Part shown: piece after piece, positions 1-14,499 of the stretch | Numbering within the stretch: the stretch's first letter is position 1 | How the letters are laid out: each line of letters opens with the position of its first letter | Assembly (NCBI RefSeq): GCF_963921235.1 | Contig: NC_086107.1 | Location: 114,392,001-114,456,000 of the forward strand | DNA length: 64,000 nucleotides | Source of the DNA: Mobula hypostoma | Lineage: Eukaryota | Direction: 5' to 3' | Notes under the pieces: generated by a model | What the model saw: the letters and a program-made list of their open reading frames with translations, nothing else | What the model was told of the DNA's origin: nothing | The model's database searches: none | Position numbers and translations under genes: made by a program

Positions 1-460
1 CTTAACCATCTCTGCCCTGTTTAAATACTTGGAACTAATCAGGTGCCAATCAATATTAGGGAAGTTAAAGTCACCCATGATAACAACCCTGTTATTTTTG
101 CACCTTTCCAAAATCTGCCTCCCAATCTGCTCCTCTGTATCTCTGCTGCTACCAGGGGGCCTATAGAATACCCCCCGTAGAGTAACTGCTCCCTTCCTGT
201 TCCGGACTTCCACCCATATTGACTCAAAAGAGGATCCTGCTACATTACCCACCCTTTCTGTAGCTGTAATAGTATCCCTGACCAGTAATGCCACCCCTCT
301 TCCCCTTTTTCCGCCCTCTCTATCCCTTTTAAAGCACTGAAATCCAGGAATATTGAGAATCCATTCCTGCCCTGGTGCCAGCCAAGTCTCTGTAATGGCC
401 ACTACATCATAATTCCATGTATGTATCCAAGCTCCCAGTTCATCACCTTTGCTCCTGACA
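1..460 (-). mobile_element. CR1-type LINE fragment, APE endonuclease domain (continues off window)
   Basis: Minus strand reads openly as ...WNYDVVAITETWL...FKRDREGGKRGRGVALLV...GVFYRPP...VIMGDFNFPNIDW, typical CR1 endonuclease motifs. Confidence 0.9.
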
Positions 461-1980
461 ATACTGACACACTCCCCAGGACCCCCTGTAAATACAGACA
501 CACTCCCCGGGACCCCCAGTAAATACTGACACACTCCCCAAGACCCCCTGTAAATACTGACACACTCCCCAGGACCCCCTGTAAATACCGATACACTCCC
601 CGGGACCCCCTGTAAATACTGACACACTCCCCGGGACCCCCTGTAAATACTGACACACTCCCCGGGACCCCTGCGAATACCGACACACTCCACAAACCCC
701 TGTAAATACTGACACACCCCCCAGGACCCCCTGTTAATACTGACACACTCCCCGGGACCCCCTGTAAATACTGACACACTCCCCGGGATCCCCTGTAAAT
801 TCTGACACACTCCCCGGGACCCCCTGTAAATACTGACACACTCCCCGGGACCCCCTGTAAATACTGACACACCCCCCTGGACCCCCTGTAAATACTGACA
901 CACTCCCCGGGACCCCTGTAAATACCGACACACTCCCTGGGACCCCCTGTAAATACTGACACACTCCCTGGGACCCCTGTAAATACCGACACACTCCCCT
1001 GGACCCCCTGTAAATACTGACACACTCCCCGGGACCCCCTATAAATACTGACACACTCCCCGGGACCCCCTGTAAATACTGACACACTCCCCGGGATCCC
1101 CTGTAAATTCTGACACACTCCCCGGGACCCCCTGTAAATACTGACACACTCCCCGGGACCCCTGTAAATACAGACACAGTCCCCGGGACCCCTGTAAATA
1201 CAGACACACTCCCCGGGACCCCCTGTAAATACTGACACACCCCCCAGGATCCCCTGTAAATACTGACACACTCCCCGGGACCCCTGCGAATACCGACACA
1301 CTCCACAAACCCCTGTAAATACTGACACACCCCCCAGGACCCCCTGTAAATACTGACACACTCCCCGGGACCCCCTGTAAATACTGACACACTCCCCGGG
1401 ATCCCCTGTAAATTCTGACACACTCCCCGGGACCCCCTGTAAATACTGACACACTCCCCGGGACCCCCTGTAAATACTGACACACCCCCCTGGACCCCCT
1501 GTAAATACTGACACACTCCCCGAGACCCCTGTAAATATTGACACACTCCCCGGGACCCCCTGTAAATACTGACACACCCCCCTGGACCCCCTGTAAATAC
1601 TGACACACTCATCGGGACCCCCTATAAATACTGACACACTCCCCGGGACCCCCTGTAAATACTGACACACTCCCCGGGATCCCCTGTAAATTCTGACACA
1701 CTCCCCGGGATCCCCTGTAAATTCTGACACACTCCCCGGGACCCCCTGTAAATACTGACACACTCCCCAGGACCCCTGTAAATACTGACACACTCCCCAG
1801 GACCCCCTGTGAATACTGACACACTCCCCAGGACCCCTGTAAATACTGACACACCCCCCTGGACCCCCTATAAATACTGACACACTCCCCGGGACCCCCT
1901 GTAAATACTGACACACTCCCCGGGGCCCCCTGTAAATAACGACACACTCCCCGGGATCCCTGTAAATACTGGTACACTCC
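461..1980. repeat. 30-31 bp minisatellite (GGGACCCCCTGTAAATACTGACACACTCCCC)n
   Basis: Directly visible tandem array in a protease intron. Confidence 0.95.
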
Positions 1981-2158
1981 TTCGCTCTCTCTGTAAATAA
2001 TGACACATTCCCCAGGATGCTTCTACAAATAACTACATAGTGAGGCAATTGTGTGTGTGTTGGGGGGGGGTCTTTAATCCTGAGGGAAGGGTGGGTTTCT
2101 GACCCAGAGTTCAGTCGCTCTGGTGACCAGCTCTCTCGCTCTACCGCCTGCCCTACAG

Positions 2159-3825
<1,667 letters not shown>

Positions 3826-4464
3826 GCGAGTGATGGACCCTAGGGAGACTCAGGGGCCGGCGGGGGGGGGCAGGGGAGGGCGGGAAGGGTCTATCTTTGA
3901 TATCTCTTGAGCACAAAATGAAGGAATCCTTGGACTAACACTGGCCAGTTTCCCCTCTCCACCCACATCTCATGGGATTCCAAACCTGGGGACCGACCAG
4001 TATGTTTCCGCGATCTTACTCTGTTCTGCTGCCAAAGGGCTTCCAATCTCTCCCGACTTGGCTGAGGTTGGACCGGGAGCTTTCCACAGCAGGGATAACA
4101 TGGGTTGTGATATTTTCCGAGTTTCCCCTCTCTTTCTGTTTCTCAATACAGTAGATGGTGTCAGGGAGTCTCACCCGCAACAAGCCTCCCCACTTTGAGT
4201 GGCCATGCGGGTGGAGATTCCCAGGAATCCCGCGGAATATTGCATTACTTTCCTCCTGGTTTTTGTCTCCGCCAGCACGAATTCATCTGCATAGTCTTCA
4301 ACAGGAGCAGACGAACCCACAGAATAATCACAGTGAGAAATTCCTCCTCCTCATTGCCTCGCCGGAGATACTCTCAGCATCTCTCCCTGCATGGCCCCTC
4401 TCGCTATCTGAAGTCCCCTCTCAGAGTCGGAAACCCCAATTTGTGCAAAGCAGGATCCCACAGC

Positions 4465-5050
4465 CAGAGAGAGGGAGGGACGGGAGGAATGGAGGGAGAT
4501 AGGAAAGGGAAGTGGAGCAGGAAGAGGATGGGGGGGGAAGATGGCGAGGGAGGTGGTGAGATGGAAGTTGAGGAGGGAGAGAGGGGGAGATGTAGTGAGG
4601 GAGAAGGTGAGGAGTGAGTGAGAGATGGGAGCGAGATGAGGAGAGAAGGAGGGAGGGAGATGGTGAGATAGTTGAGGGACAGATGAAGGAGCGGGGAGAG
4701 GTACTGAGGGAGATTCTGCAGCAGAAAGTGAGGAGGAGGGAGAGAAAGGTGGGAGGTTAGTATGGAGGACTGGAGCAGTGAGGGAGGGATGAAGGAGGTG
4801 GGGTGGGGAGAGAGACAAGAATGGAATTAGCGATGACGGGTGAGGAGCAGGAGAGGGTGGGGAAGATTAGAGGGATGGAAGAAGAGGGGGTAAAGGAAGG
4901 GATGTAGAGCGGAATGGGGAGAAAGTGATGAAGAGGGATGTGAGTGGAAGGGAAGGGAGGACAGGGGGGGTGGGACGGAGGGAGGGAGGGACGGACGGAG
5001 AGGGGGGAGGGAGGGAGGGACGGGGGGTTGGGAGGGAGGGAGGGAGGAAG
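4465..5050. repeat. Purine-rich low-complexity tract
   Basis: G/A-dominated sequence. Confidence 0.85.
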
Positions 5051-5699
5051 TGTTGTGACTTTGAACCGGGTCACCGGAGAGAGACTAAAGCCTGTGATAT
5101 CACAACAAACAGACTCTCCTGGAGACCCTCTCGGTTTGGGGTCCCCGAAAATCATGTGTATGTCATCTTTTTAATATACCTGTGAGATCAGAGGTGATGC
5201 AATACAATTTCAAAAGTCACAGTGGCACCGTTCTGTTCAATATCGACGCAACAGCACTTCCACATTATACATCGACAGTGGGACACACCCGAGTACCCAA
5301 ACACCTTGGCTGGGACAGAAGTAATTCACACGGGTGGTCTGAACGTTTCTGGGCACAGAGATCCCAGACTCCCACCCTTAACACTATGGGGGCTGACTCC
5401 GAATACACCCGGCGTCAATCAATCGAACCGTGTTCGATGTGGCAACAGCCGTCGGTTCTGGAAATATCCTAACCCGGTGACGGCGGTTCAGGGATAACCG
5501 GGCCAGACCCTCCGAGCGGCCAGCCCGGCCTGTGCTCCGTAGACAACACTGGCTGCTTGTACACAACACGTTTAACTTTACCTGATCAGTGCTTCCAGTC
5601 TGTATTCAGAACGCGACTGTTTCTCGGCTAAATGAATATCTGCTGTGGTCTCGGGATACGGAGGGAATGGAGGAGATACGGTGGGAGATGTATACTGGG

Positions 5700-7735
5700 T
5701 GGGAGAGGGGAAATGGAGGGGAATAGCTGGAGAGGGGTGGGAGAGAGCGATGGAGAGGGCAGAGAAAGGGATGGATGGAGGGAGAGAGGGAAGGGGAGGG
5801 ATGGAGAGGGGAAGGGATGGATGGATGGAGGGAGAGAGGGAAGGGGAGGGGAAGGGATGGGTGGATGGAGGGAGACAGGGAAGGGGAGGGGAAGAGATGG
5901 ATGGATGGTTGGAGGGAGAGAGGGAAGGGGAGGGATGGAGAAGGGAAGGGATGGATGGATGGAGGGAGAGAGGGGAGGGGAGGGGATGGGATGGATGGAT
6001 GGAGGGAGAGAGGGAAGGGGAGGGGAAGAGATGGATGGATGGATGGAGGGAGAGAGGGAAGGGGAGGGATGGAGAGGGGAAGGGAAGGATGGATGGAGGG
6101 AGAGAGGGAAGGGATGGGTGGATGGAGGGAGAGAGGGAAGGGGAGAGATGGAGAAGGGAAGGGATGGATGGATGGAGGGAGAGAGGGAAGGAGAGGGGAA
6201 GGGATGGGTGGATGGAGGGAGAGAGGGAAGGGGAGGGATGGAGAGGGGAAGGGAAGGATGGATGGAGGGAGAGAGGGAAGGGATGGGTGGATGGAGGGAG
6301 AGAGGGAAGGGGAGAGATGGAGAAGGGAAGGGATGGATGGATGGAGGGAGAGAGGGAAGGGGAGGGATGGAGAGGGGAAGGGATGGATGGATGGAGGGAG
6401 AGAGGGAAGGAGAGGGGAAGGGATGGGTGGATGGAGGGAGAGAGGGAAGGGGAGGGATGGAGAGGGGAAGGGATGGATGGATGGTTGGAGGGAGAGAGGG
6501 AAGGGGAGGGATGGAGAGGGGAAGGGGTGGATGGATGGAGGGAGAGAGGGAAGGGGAGGGATGGAGAGGGGAAGGGATGGATGGATGGTTGGAGGGAGAG
6601 AGGGAAGGGGAGGGATGGAGAGGGGAAGGGATGGATGGATGGTTGGAGGGAGAGAGGGAAGGGGAGGGATGGAGAGGGGAAGGGGTGGATGGATGGAGGG
6701 AGAGAGGGAAGGGGAGGGGAAGGGATGGGTGGATGGAGGGTGTTACCTACCCCGTAACTGGGTTGCCAAACCAGCAGAAATGGATCACTCAGTTGGAGTC
6801 TGGATTACTAGAACTAAGAAAGTTTTATTAAAGAAATAAGCAACACAGTACTCTAATCAAAAGGATAATAAATGCAACAGTTCAGCAATGATAAACACAC
6901 ATGTGCACAGAATTAAGATAACAGGATCAATCAAACTCTATCGTTGTCTAGTGGTAAATGACCAGTTTCAAAGTGACGCAAAGTTCAGTTCAATTTAGTT
7001 CAGTTCAGTTCACAGTAATCACTGCCATGGGAGATGGACAGTGGGGGGAAGGAGAGAGAGAGCAAAACGAATGAATATTCAAACGGCTTCCACACAGACC
7101 TTCACAGTCAGCTTTCGGGCGAGTCCTTTGTGATGTCATCTGAGGTCACCGACCGTGACCCCTCCGTTTCCAGATACGACCGTTTCTCTGCGCTGAACCT
7201 GGCACCCAGGCAAGGGTGGACACACACCAGGTTCCCACCGATCGTGCCTTTCCACCCTAAGCGTCTATGGCTTGATCCCGCGACCAGCCGTCCAAAAACT
7301 CCCCACCGACTTGTGAGAGACGCACCGCTTCCAGGGTCTCGTTACCTCGGGGTGTCGTGTGTGTCGCCTTAGCGAACCTGTCCCTTTTTATCCCCCTGCT
7401 GGGGCATCGCCTGTCCATCACTTCAAACAGTTCAGGGTTCAAAGGGGGAGCCGATCTTGACAGCTCTCCTTCCGTTAAACTCTCCCGTCCCTTCATTAAC
7501 ATCTCCAAATGCTGCTCCATTGTTTTCCTTATCTCTCTCTCCTGAAGACAGGTGGCAGACCAACTGCTGATCCCACTGGTGCCAGCACAGGCCAGCTAAC
7601 ATCTTAATTTATGTGTATTCTCGTCACAAGGGAGAGAGGGAAGGGGAGGGATGGAGAGGGGAAGGGATGGATGGATGGAGGGAGAGAGAGAGGGAAGGGG
7701 AGGGATGGAGAGGGGAAGAGAAATGGAGAAGGAGA
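5700..7735. repeat. GGA/GGAT purine minisatellite interrupted by a solo LTR
   Basis: (GGATGGAGGGAGAGAGGGAAGGGGAG..)n on both sides of 6741-7628. Confidence 0.9.
6741..7628 (-). mobile_element. Solo LTR (888 bp), probably Gypsy-type
   Basis: Termini TGTTAC...GTCACA; 4-bp TSD AGGG (6737-6740 / 7629-7632); minus-strand AATAAA near 6824-6829 and TATA-like GATAAAAA near 7385. Confidence 0.8.
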
Positions 7736-7939
7736 TGGCCTCAGAAGATCATTGACGTGGTGCTCATGGAGATGAGAACAATGTCTTTTTCGTAGTATTA
7801 AAGTCCAGCCAGACCACAGAATCCAATTCCAGGTCCAAAATCAACTCAGCGCTGAGCGACGAGTCACCACCGGCGGGAAGGGGGCAGGGGAAGGGAGTGA
7901 GGGAGAGGGCGAGGGAGAGGAAGAGAGGATGGAGTATGG

Positions 7940-8057
7940 GATAGTCATAGTCATAGTCATACTTTATTGATCCCGGGGGGAAACTGGTTTTCGTTACAGT
8001 TGCACCAGAAATAATAAATAGTAATAGTAATATTACTATTAGTAAATAGTAATAGTC
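7940..8057 (-). mobile_element. Short 3' end of Rex1/Babar LINE with (TATGAC)n tail
   Basis: Near-identical to the 3' end of the element at 48417-48495 (gtcatactttattgatcc.ggggg.aa.tggttttcgttacagttgc). Confidence 0.8.
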
Positions 8058-8205
8058 ATGGGGGGAGTACTGAGGGAAATGGGGGTTGCGAGGGAGATGG
8101 GTAAAACGTGGAGCGGATCAGAGTTCATCGAGACCCTGCAGGCTCTGCAGCCAGCGGGTCCCTACTCTGACCTCGGCCGGGCCAGGCTCTGCAGCCAGCG
8201 GGTCC

Positions 8206-8627
8206 CTACTCTGACCTCGGCCGGGCCAGGCTCTGCAGCCAGCGAATGGTGCGCGCCCGGGATTGCTCCCAGGTGTAGAGCGGTCGGTAGCCGAAGTGAC
8301 GGGCGGCTTTGCTGGTCCGCACCGTGAAGGTTGAGCAGGACATGAGCAAGGTGTAGCGGTTGAGTGAGGGGGCAAAGGTGCAGAAGGGGCGGAGGGCGAA
8401 GCCGACGAGCTCGACCAGGATAGCCAGCAGGAAGACCATGAAGAAGGGGAGGACGGGCCGCAGCTGGCCGACTAACTTCACCCCGCAGGGCGCTAGAAAC
8501 TCCATGTAGAAGTCCAGGAAGCTCCTGTCCGGGGAGTCGTCGTAACAATAGTAGACCTGTCCGCCCACCAGGCCGGGCTTCTCCCGCAGGGCGCGGGCTG
8601 CCAGCAGGTGCATCCAGGCCACGTTTC
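8206..8627 (-). CDS. HSD3B7: HSD3B7 last coding exon
   Basis: [14 protein letters not shown]...[12 protein letters not shown]...[15 protein letters not shown]...; TAG at 8206-8208. Confidence 0.92.
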
Positions 8628-11600
8628 CTGAGAGGGTCGGAGGTGTGGAGCGAAGGTCAGAGCCCGGACAGCCACACGGAGGCCTATCGGGTCCCAGAGG
8701 TGCTATCCCGCTCTACTTGCACTGGGCGCTGAGGCCTTCCCCGCCACTACCACCGACCTGCCCCATTAGAGAGGCCGTTATGCCCCCCCAAATTCCTGCT
8801 ATCCCTTTTCCGTTCTGTCGGTTCGCGAGAGGCCATTCCGCCCCACTGAGGACGGCTAAACTCCTGATCTACCTGCCAGGAGTTCGGCCCCGGTGATACC
8901 TGCTACTCCAACGTCCTAAGAGGCCATTTTGCTCCTCCCCCCACTTCCATTCCACTAGTATACTGATTAGGCCTTTCTGTCCCTCTGATGTTCTGCTAGA
9001 ACCCTCCCCAGTTCAGAGAGGCACTACAGCCTGATGTCCTGACAAGCCATTCTGCTGCTTTGTTCCCCATTATCCATCTCCCCGGTGCGTGCTGAGGCTA
9101 CCCTGACTCCCTCCTCTACTAGGTGTACCACTCACTCCCTCTGCAACCACCTAGCCCCCTCCATTTCACCTGTGCCCAAAATGAGACCTATTGGCCCTCT
9201 CTCTCTACTAACCCTCCTGTCTTACCTCGGCCACCAGTAAGACCTATCGGCCCCTCCCTCGCTACTAGCCCTCCTGTTCTGCCTGCACCCTCAGACAGAG
9301 CCATTGAACCCTTCCTCTCCCAATACCCCTTCCTGATCCACCAGAATCCTCAGCGAGACCCGTCAGCTACTTGTTATCCCACCAGATACCCTCTGCCCCT
9401 CACTCCCTCCGCCGCGGAACACGGACTCACCCACGTAGGCATGCCCCATGCAGGCGTCCGCGGAGGAGAGGCGGAAGAGGCGCCCCCCGCAGCGGGACGC
9501 TCTTTCGGCCAGGTTGCAGAGGAGGGAGAAACCTTCCCCGTAGAAACTGAGCGGACGCAGGGCCAGGGTGAAAAGGGTCTTCCCGGACGCTGTCTGTGTG
9601 TGGGGGGGGGTGAGAGAGAGTGGGGAGAGATAAGAGGGCAGAGGGGGGAGGGGAAGGTGGGAGGTGAAGAAAGGGGTGAGAGAGGAGTCAGAACGAGGTG
9701 GTCGATACGATAGCAACTACAATCGCTCCCCCACCCTCACCCCACTAGCGCATGGCGACTGTGTGGAAACAGATCCTTTGGCCCACTGAACGTATAATAG
9801 CCCACAGAACAATACAAAACAGGAGCAATCATTCGGTACAGAGTGCCTGTAGCAACCGCGAGGTCAAATTAAACCACTCTTCTCTGTCCGTACCCCTCCA
9901 GTCTCTATGCATCCACGTATCTGTCTCAGAGACTCTTCAATGCTTCCGCCACATCAGCCTTCACCACCCCGGACGCGCGTTCCAAGCATCCACTGCTCTC
10001 TGTGAAGAAAGTTGCCCCCCCCCATCTTTGAAATTGCCCCCTCTCACGTTACATGCATGTTCTCTGGTATTAGACATTCCGGCCCTGACGGGACAAAGAT
10101 TCCGTCTGTCTATTCTATCTGTGCCTCTCATAATCTTATAAACCTCTGTTGGGGTCTCCCCCAAACTCTGCCGCTCCAGAGAACGGAACCCGGGTTTCTC
10201 CCATGCACAAAGAGTTGACAAACTCAGCCGGTCAGGAGGTTTCTCCGGACAGAAATGGATGGACAGCATTCCGGGTCGAGACTCTTCGCCGAGATGACGT
10301 GATGCTCCCCATCAGATACTCAAATTAAAGAGGGAGTCTCTCCCCCATTACCCCTGTTACAGAGGGAGTCTCTCTCTCTCCCCATTACCCCTGTTACAGA
10401 GGGAGTCTCTCCACCATTAGCCCTGTTACAGAGGGAGTCTCTCCACCATTACCCCTGTTACAGAGGGAGTCTCCCCCATTACCCCTGTTACAGAGGGAGT
10501 CTTTCTCCCCATTACCCCTGTTACAGAGGGAGTCTCTCCCCATTACCCCTGTTACAGAGGGAGTCTCTCACCCCCATTACCCCCATTACAGGGGGAGTCT
10601 CTCCCCATTACCCCTGTTACAGAGGGAGTCTCTCCCCCATTACTCCTGTTACAGAGGGAGTCTCTCCTGTTACCAGGAGAGACTCTGTTTAATACCAGTG
10701 TTGGTGAGGGGGTCTCCCCCGTCAGGGGCCATTGTAACAGTGCGGATTTAGCGGGCTGCTCCCTGCGCTCCCCCGCGCTCTCACCTTCATCCCGTTTGCA
10801 CCGCGGATAAGACCTTCGGCCTGGGATTTTGATCTCGCGTAGACTGAAGCAGGGGCAAATTCGTAAACTGTGTCCTCATCTCCTCTGGGGGTGAGACAAC
10901 AGTGACTACTCAAATACTGCGGGGGAGGGTGAGTGGGGGAGGGATGGGGACAAGGAGAGAGTGGGAATGGGAGAGAGGTGGAAGGGAGGGATATAGGACA
11001 GAGAAAGGAGGCAGGAGTGGGGAAGGAGAGGGAGATGAGGCAGGAGGTGAGGAAATGGAGGCAGGGAGAGGGGGCAGGTGGAGAGTGGGAAGGAACAGGG
11101 TGGCAGGTGAGAGGGGAGTAAGGGAGAGGAGGGGGAGAAGGAGAGGGTGGGGGAGTGGGAAGAGTGCGGGGTAGGGAAAGGGTGGGGAGTGGGGAAAGTG
11201 GGGGTGGGGAGTGGGGAGAGGGAGAGGGTGGGGAGTGGGGAGAGGGGAGTGGGGAGGATAATGACTCAGGCTTGGCCTCCCACCTGTGGAACGGTTGCCA
11301 CTTGGAGTTGGGCCCCACTGCCTCCATGCTGCTGGTGTAGACCAGGGTCGGGACATCGTGCTGAACACAGGCATCAATCACGGTCTGGGTCCCTGTGGAC
11401 ACAAAGTTACCAAGGTCAGAGTGGTGCCACGGTCTCTCCAGCAGCCGCACCCTCCCCCCCCCCCCCGCCGATGCCACGCTCCCCTGTGGGAGCTGCCCTT
11501 GGCCCACTCGCGGAGTTCTCCCTCCCCTCCACCCCAGGGCAACAGCCCACGGCCTCCTGGTGAAGCTGCCTTACGATGGAACAGGGTCCCTGCAGAGCTG

Positions 11601-13972
11601 CCTGCAGCCCCCTAGCAGAACTGTCCACAGTCCTCAGGCAGAGCTGCCTCTTGCTGACCCCTGGTGGTGCTGCCAGTGACCTCCTGCCAGTCTTCCATGG
11701 CACCTTGGCGGGGCTGCTAGTGGTCTGCTGAAAGAGCAGCCCCCTGGTGGAGCTACCCATGGTCCCCTGGCAGAGCTGCCCTTGGGCCCCTGGCGGAGCT
11801 TTCTGTGGTCACCAGTGGAGGTAGTTTTTTGGCAGAGCAGCAGCTAGCCCCCTGGTGAAGTACCAACAGCCACCAAGCAGAGCTGGGCCCTGGTGGAGCT
11901 ACTCATGGTCCCCTGGTAGAGCTGCCCATGGTTCCCTGGCGGAGCTGGGCCCTGATGAGCTGCCCATGGTCCCCTAGCGGAGCTGGGCCCTGATGAGCTG
12001 CCCATGGTCCCCTGGCAGAGCTGGGCCCTGATGAGCTGCCCATGGTCCCCTGGCAGAGCTACCCATGGTCCCCCGGCAGAACTGTCCACAGTCCCCAGGC
12101 AGAGCTGCCCCTTGCCGACCCCTGGTAGTGATGCCAGTGACCTCCTGCCAGTCTTCCATGGCACCTTGGCGGGGCTGCCAGTGGTCTACTGAAAGAGCAG
12201 CCCCTGGTGAAGCTGCCCTTGGGCCCCTGTGGAGGTTTCTGTGGTCACCAGTGGAGGTAGTTTTTGGCAGAGCAGCAGCTAGCCCCCTGGTGAAGTAGCC
12301 ACCAAGCAGAGCTGGGCCCTGATGAGCTGCCCATGGTCCCCTGGCGGAGCTGGGCCCTGGCGGAACTGCCAATGGTCCCCTGGCGGAGCTGGGCCCTGAT
12401 GAGCTGCCCATGGTCCCCTGGCGGAGCTGGGCCCTGGCGGAACTGCCAATGGTCCCCTGGCGGAGCTGGACCCTGATGAGCTGCCCATGGTCCCCTGGCG
12501 GAGCTGGGCCCTGGCGGAACTGCCAATGGTCCCCTGGCGGAGCTGGGCCCTGATGAGCTGCCAATGGTCCCCTGGCGGAGCTGCCCATGGTCCCCTGGCG
12601 GAGCTGGGCCCTGATGAGCTGCCCATGGTCCCCTGGCGGAGCTGCCATGGTAGATGTTCCTCTGGCAGAGCTGCACAAAGCCCAAGACGATGAGCTGTTC
12701 AGGCCAAAGGATCGGGGAGTAAGGACAGAGATGGAGGGAATAGTGCTCGGGGAGGGGTGACGAGGAGGGCGGAAGAGGCACACACAAAATGCCGGAGGAA
12801 ATCAGCAGGCCAGGCAGCACCTATGGAAAAGAGTAAACAGTCAACATCTCGGGCCGAGACCCCTTCGTCAGAGAGGAGGCACCATGGAATGGAGAGATGC
12901 AGAAGGGGCGTCGAGGCGAGTGGGAACATTGCGGGACAGACCACCACCTGACCTCTCCCCCACCTCCCACCCCCCAGCCTTACCTTGTATGTTGACGGAA
13001 AGGATTTGGGACTCGGGAATGAGCCCCAGGAAGTCGATGACACTGGCGAGGTGGAAGACCAGGTCAGCCCCCTGGATTGCGCGGGCCATGTCCCCAGGGG
13101 AGGTGATATCCCCCTGCATCATGGACACCCTGAGAGAGGCTACAGGAGAGAGGGGGCAGGTGTAGGGTGGGACAGGGGAGGGGGAGAGTAATGAGTAGGA
13201 GGAGGAGCAGGAAGGAGAGGCGAGGGAGTGGAGGGAGACGGTTGGGATAGGAGGATGTGGAGGGGGCAAAGACGTAAACAGGGAGGGAGTAAGGAGGGGA
13301 AGGGGCAGATGGGAGAAGAGGTGGAAGAGGGAGGGACAGTGGAGGAAAGGGAAGGTAGGTTAAACAAATGGGGGAGGATGGGAAAGGGGAGACAGAGAAT
13401 TAAAATTCAATTTCAATTCCAAAACGCTGAATCAACCCCAATCTAATCCCACTGACCCCACTCTCTCCACAACAGCCCTGTCTCGGTCCCCAAACAAATC
13501 CCATTGTCCCCCAACTCTCTCCACAACAGCCTTGTCTCAGTCCCCAAACAAATCCCACTGACCCCACTCTCTCCACAACAGCCCTGTCTCGGTCCCCAAA
13601 CAAATCCCATTGTCCCCCAACTCTCTCCACAACAGCCTTGTCTCGGTCCCCAAACAAATCCCACTGACCCCCCACTCTCTCCACAATCCCGTGTCAACCA
13701 CCAAACTAATACCCTGTCACGATCTCTCCCCACAGCTCCATGCCAACCCTCTGCCCCTCTGCCTCCGCACAGCCCTGCTCCCGCCTTCTCTCCCCGGCCT
13801 TGTGCCAGTCCCTACCCGTGCTCAGCGCCTCCAGCTCCCTGTCCAACACCAGGTCGAGCACTCTGATCTCCTTCAGCTCCTCGGCGCACTCTGCCAGCAG
13901 CCGCACCAGGTGCTTCCCCAGAAACCCGCAGCCTCCCGTCACCAGGCAGACCAGACCCCTCTCCCGGGGCAT
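8206..13972 (-). CDS. HSD3B7: 3-beta-hydroxy-delta5-C27-steroid oxidoreductase; coding exons 13972-13816, 13139-12984, 11392-11284, 10884-10785, 9593-9431, 8627-8206 (368 aa)
   Basis: All GT-AG with consistent phases; TGGCGFLG Rossmann motif, YTSSME, YARSK (YxxxK), LRP..YGEG, YVGNVAWMH; adjacent to SETD1A in the same orientation. Confidence 0.93.
9431..9593 (-). CDS. HSD3B7: HSD3B7 coding exon 5
   Basis: [12 protein letters not shown]...HAYV; 163 nt. Confidence 0.92.
9800..10200 (-). mobile_element. Decayed CR1 3' fragment
   Basis: [17 protein letters not shown]...[10 protein letters not shown] resembles the CR1 ORF2 C-terminus. Confidence 0.7.
10330..10680. repeat. ~30-bp minisatellite (CCCCATTACCCCTGTTACAGAGGGAGTCTCT)n
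   Basis: Visible tandem array. Confidence 0.9.
10785..10884 (-). CDS. HSD3B7: HSD3B7 coding exon 4
   Basis: GDEDTVY...YARSKSQAE...ANGMK; 100 nt. Confidence 0.93.
11284..11392 (-). CDS. HSD3B7: HSD3B7 coding exon 3
   Basis: [29 protein letters not shown]; 109 nt. Confidence 0.93.
11480..12680. repeat. GC-rich compound minisatellite with higher-order duplication
   Basis: CTGCCCATGGTCCCCTGGCGGAGCTGGGCCCTGATGAG units; block ~11610-11900 repeated at ~12075-12320. Confidence 0.85.
12778..12872 (-). mobile_element. Penelope-like terminal-repeat fragment with degenerate hammerhead motif
   Basis: Minus strand CTGACGA-AGGGGTCTCGGCCC-GAGA-TGTT-GACTG. Confidence 0.65.
12984..13139 (-). CDS. HSD3B7: HSD3B7 coding exon 2
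   Basis: QGDIT...[13 protein letters not shown]...VNIQ; 156 nt, phase 1-1. Confidence 0.92.
13445..13685. repeat. ~55-bp minisatellite with alternating variants
   Basis: CTCTCTCCACAACAGCC(C/T)TGTCTCGGTCCCCAAACAAATCCCA units. Confidence 0.9.
13816..13972 (-). CDS. HSD3B7: HSD3B7 coding exon 1
   Basis: gccacg[26 protein letters not shown]; acceptor before 14008 implies an upstream noncoding exon. Confidence 0.92.
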
Positions 13973-14499
13973 CGTGGCTCGCTCAGGGGCTCCCGTCAAA
14001 TCCAGGGTCTGCGGGCGGTAGTCAGTGTCAGTAATGAGCGGGGGGAGAGAGAGAGGGAGCGCAGAGCGAGTGAGAGAGACAGAGGGGGGAGAGAGAGGGA
14101 GGGGGTGAGCAAGAGAGAGAATCACAGAGTCAGGGAAGTGAGGAAAGAGAAAAGATCAGCGTCAGATTATTGTCACTGAAATATGGAGTGAAAGATGATC
14201 TTTTCTTGCGGCAGCTCTACATGCCAAGATGTAAATTTAGTGTAAATTACACATTAAAAATTGTTTTAAAAATGGGACTAATGAGGTAGTGTTTATGGGT
14301 TCAGATCCAACAGCAGAGGGGAAGAAGCTGTTCCTGAATCGGGAAAGAGAAACAGGACAGACAGACAGGTGCCAGTCTTGAGTGGCATTGTGTGCGAGAG
14401 AGTGAGGATGGTGGAACACGAGAGGGAAGGGGGGGTGAGAGAAACTGGGAATGTGGGTGGGGAAGGAAGAAAGAGGGAGAGGGAGGTATGTGGGGGGAG

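Noticed and set aside
5050..5640. Unique CpG-containing stretch between purine repeats
   Set aside because: No recognisable protein, RNA gene or element termini; left unannotated.
5632..6839. 350-400 aa G/E/R/W-rich ORFs
   Set aside because: Stop-free purine repeat. The same applies to ORFs at 14293-15429, 33856-34869 and 35371-36820.
11900..12650. Repeated CTGATGAG resembling tandem hammerhead cores
   Set aside because: No GAAA after the putative stem II, so the catalytic core is incomplete.
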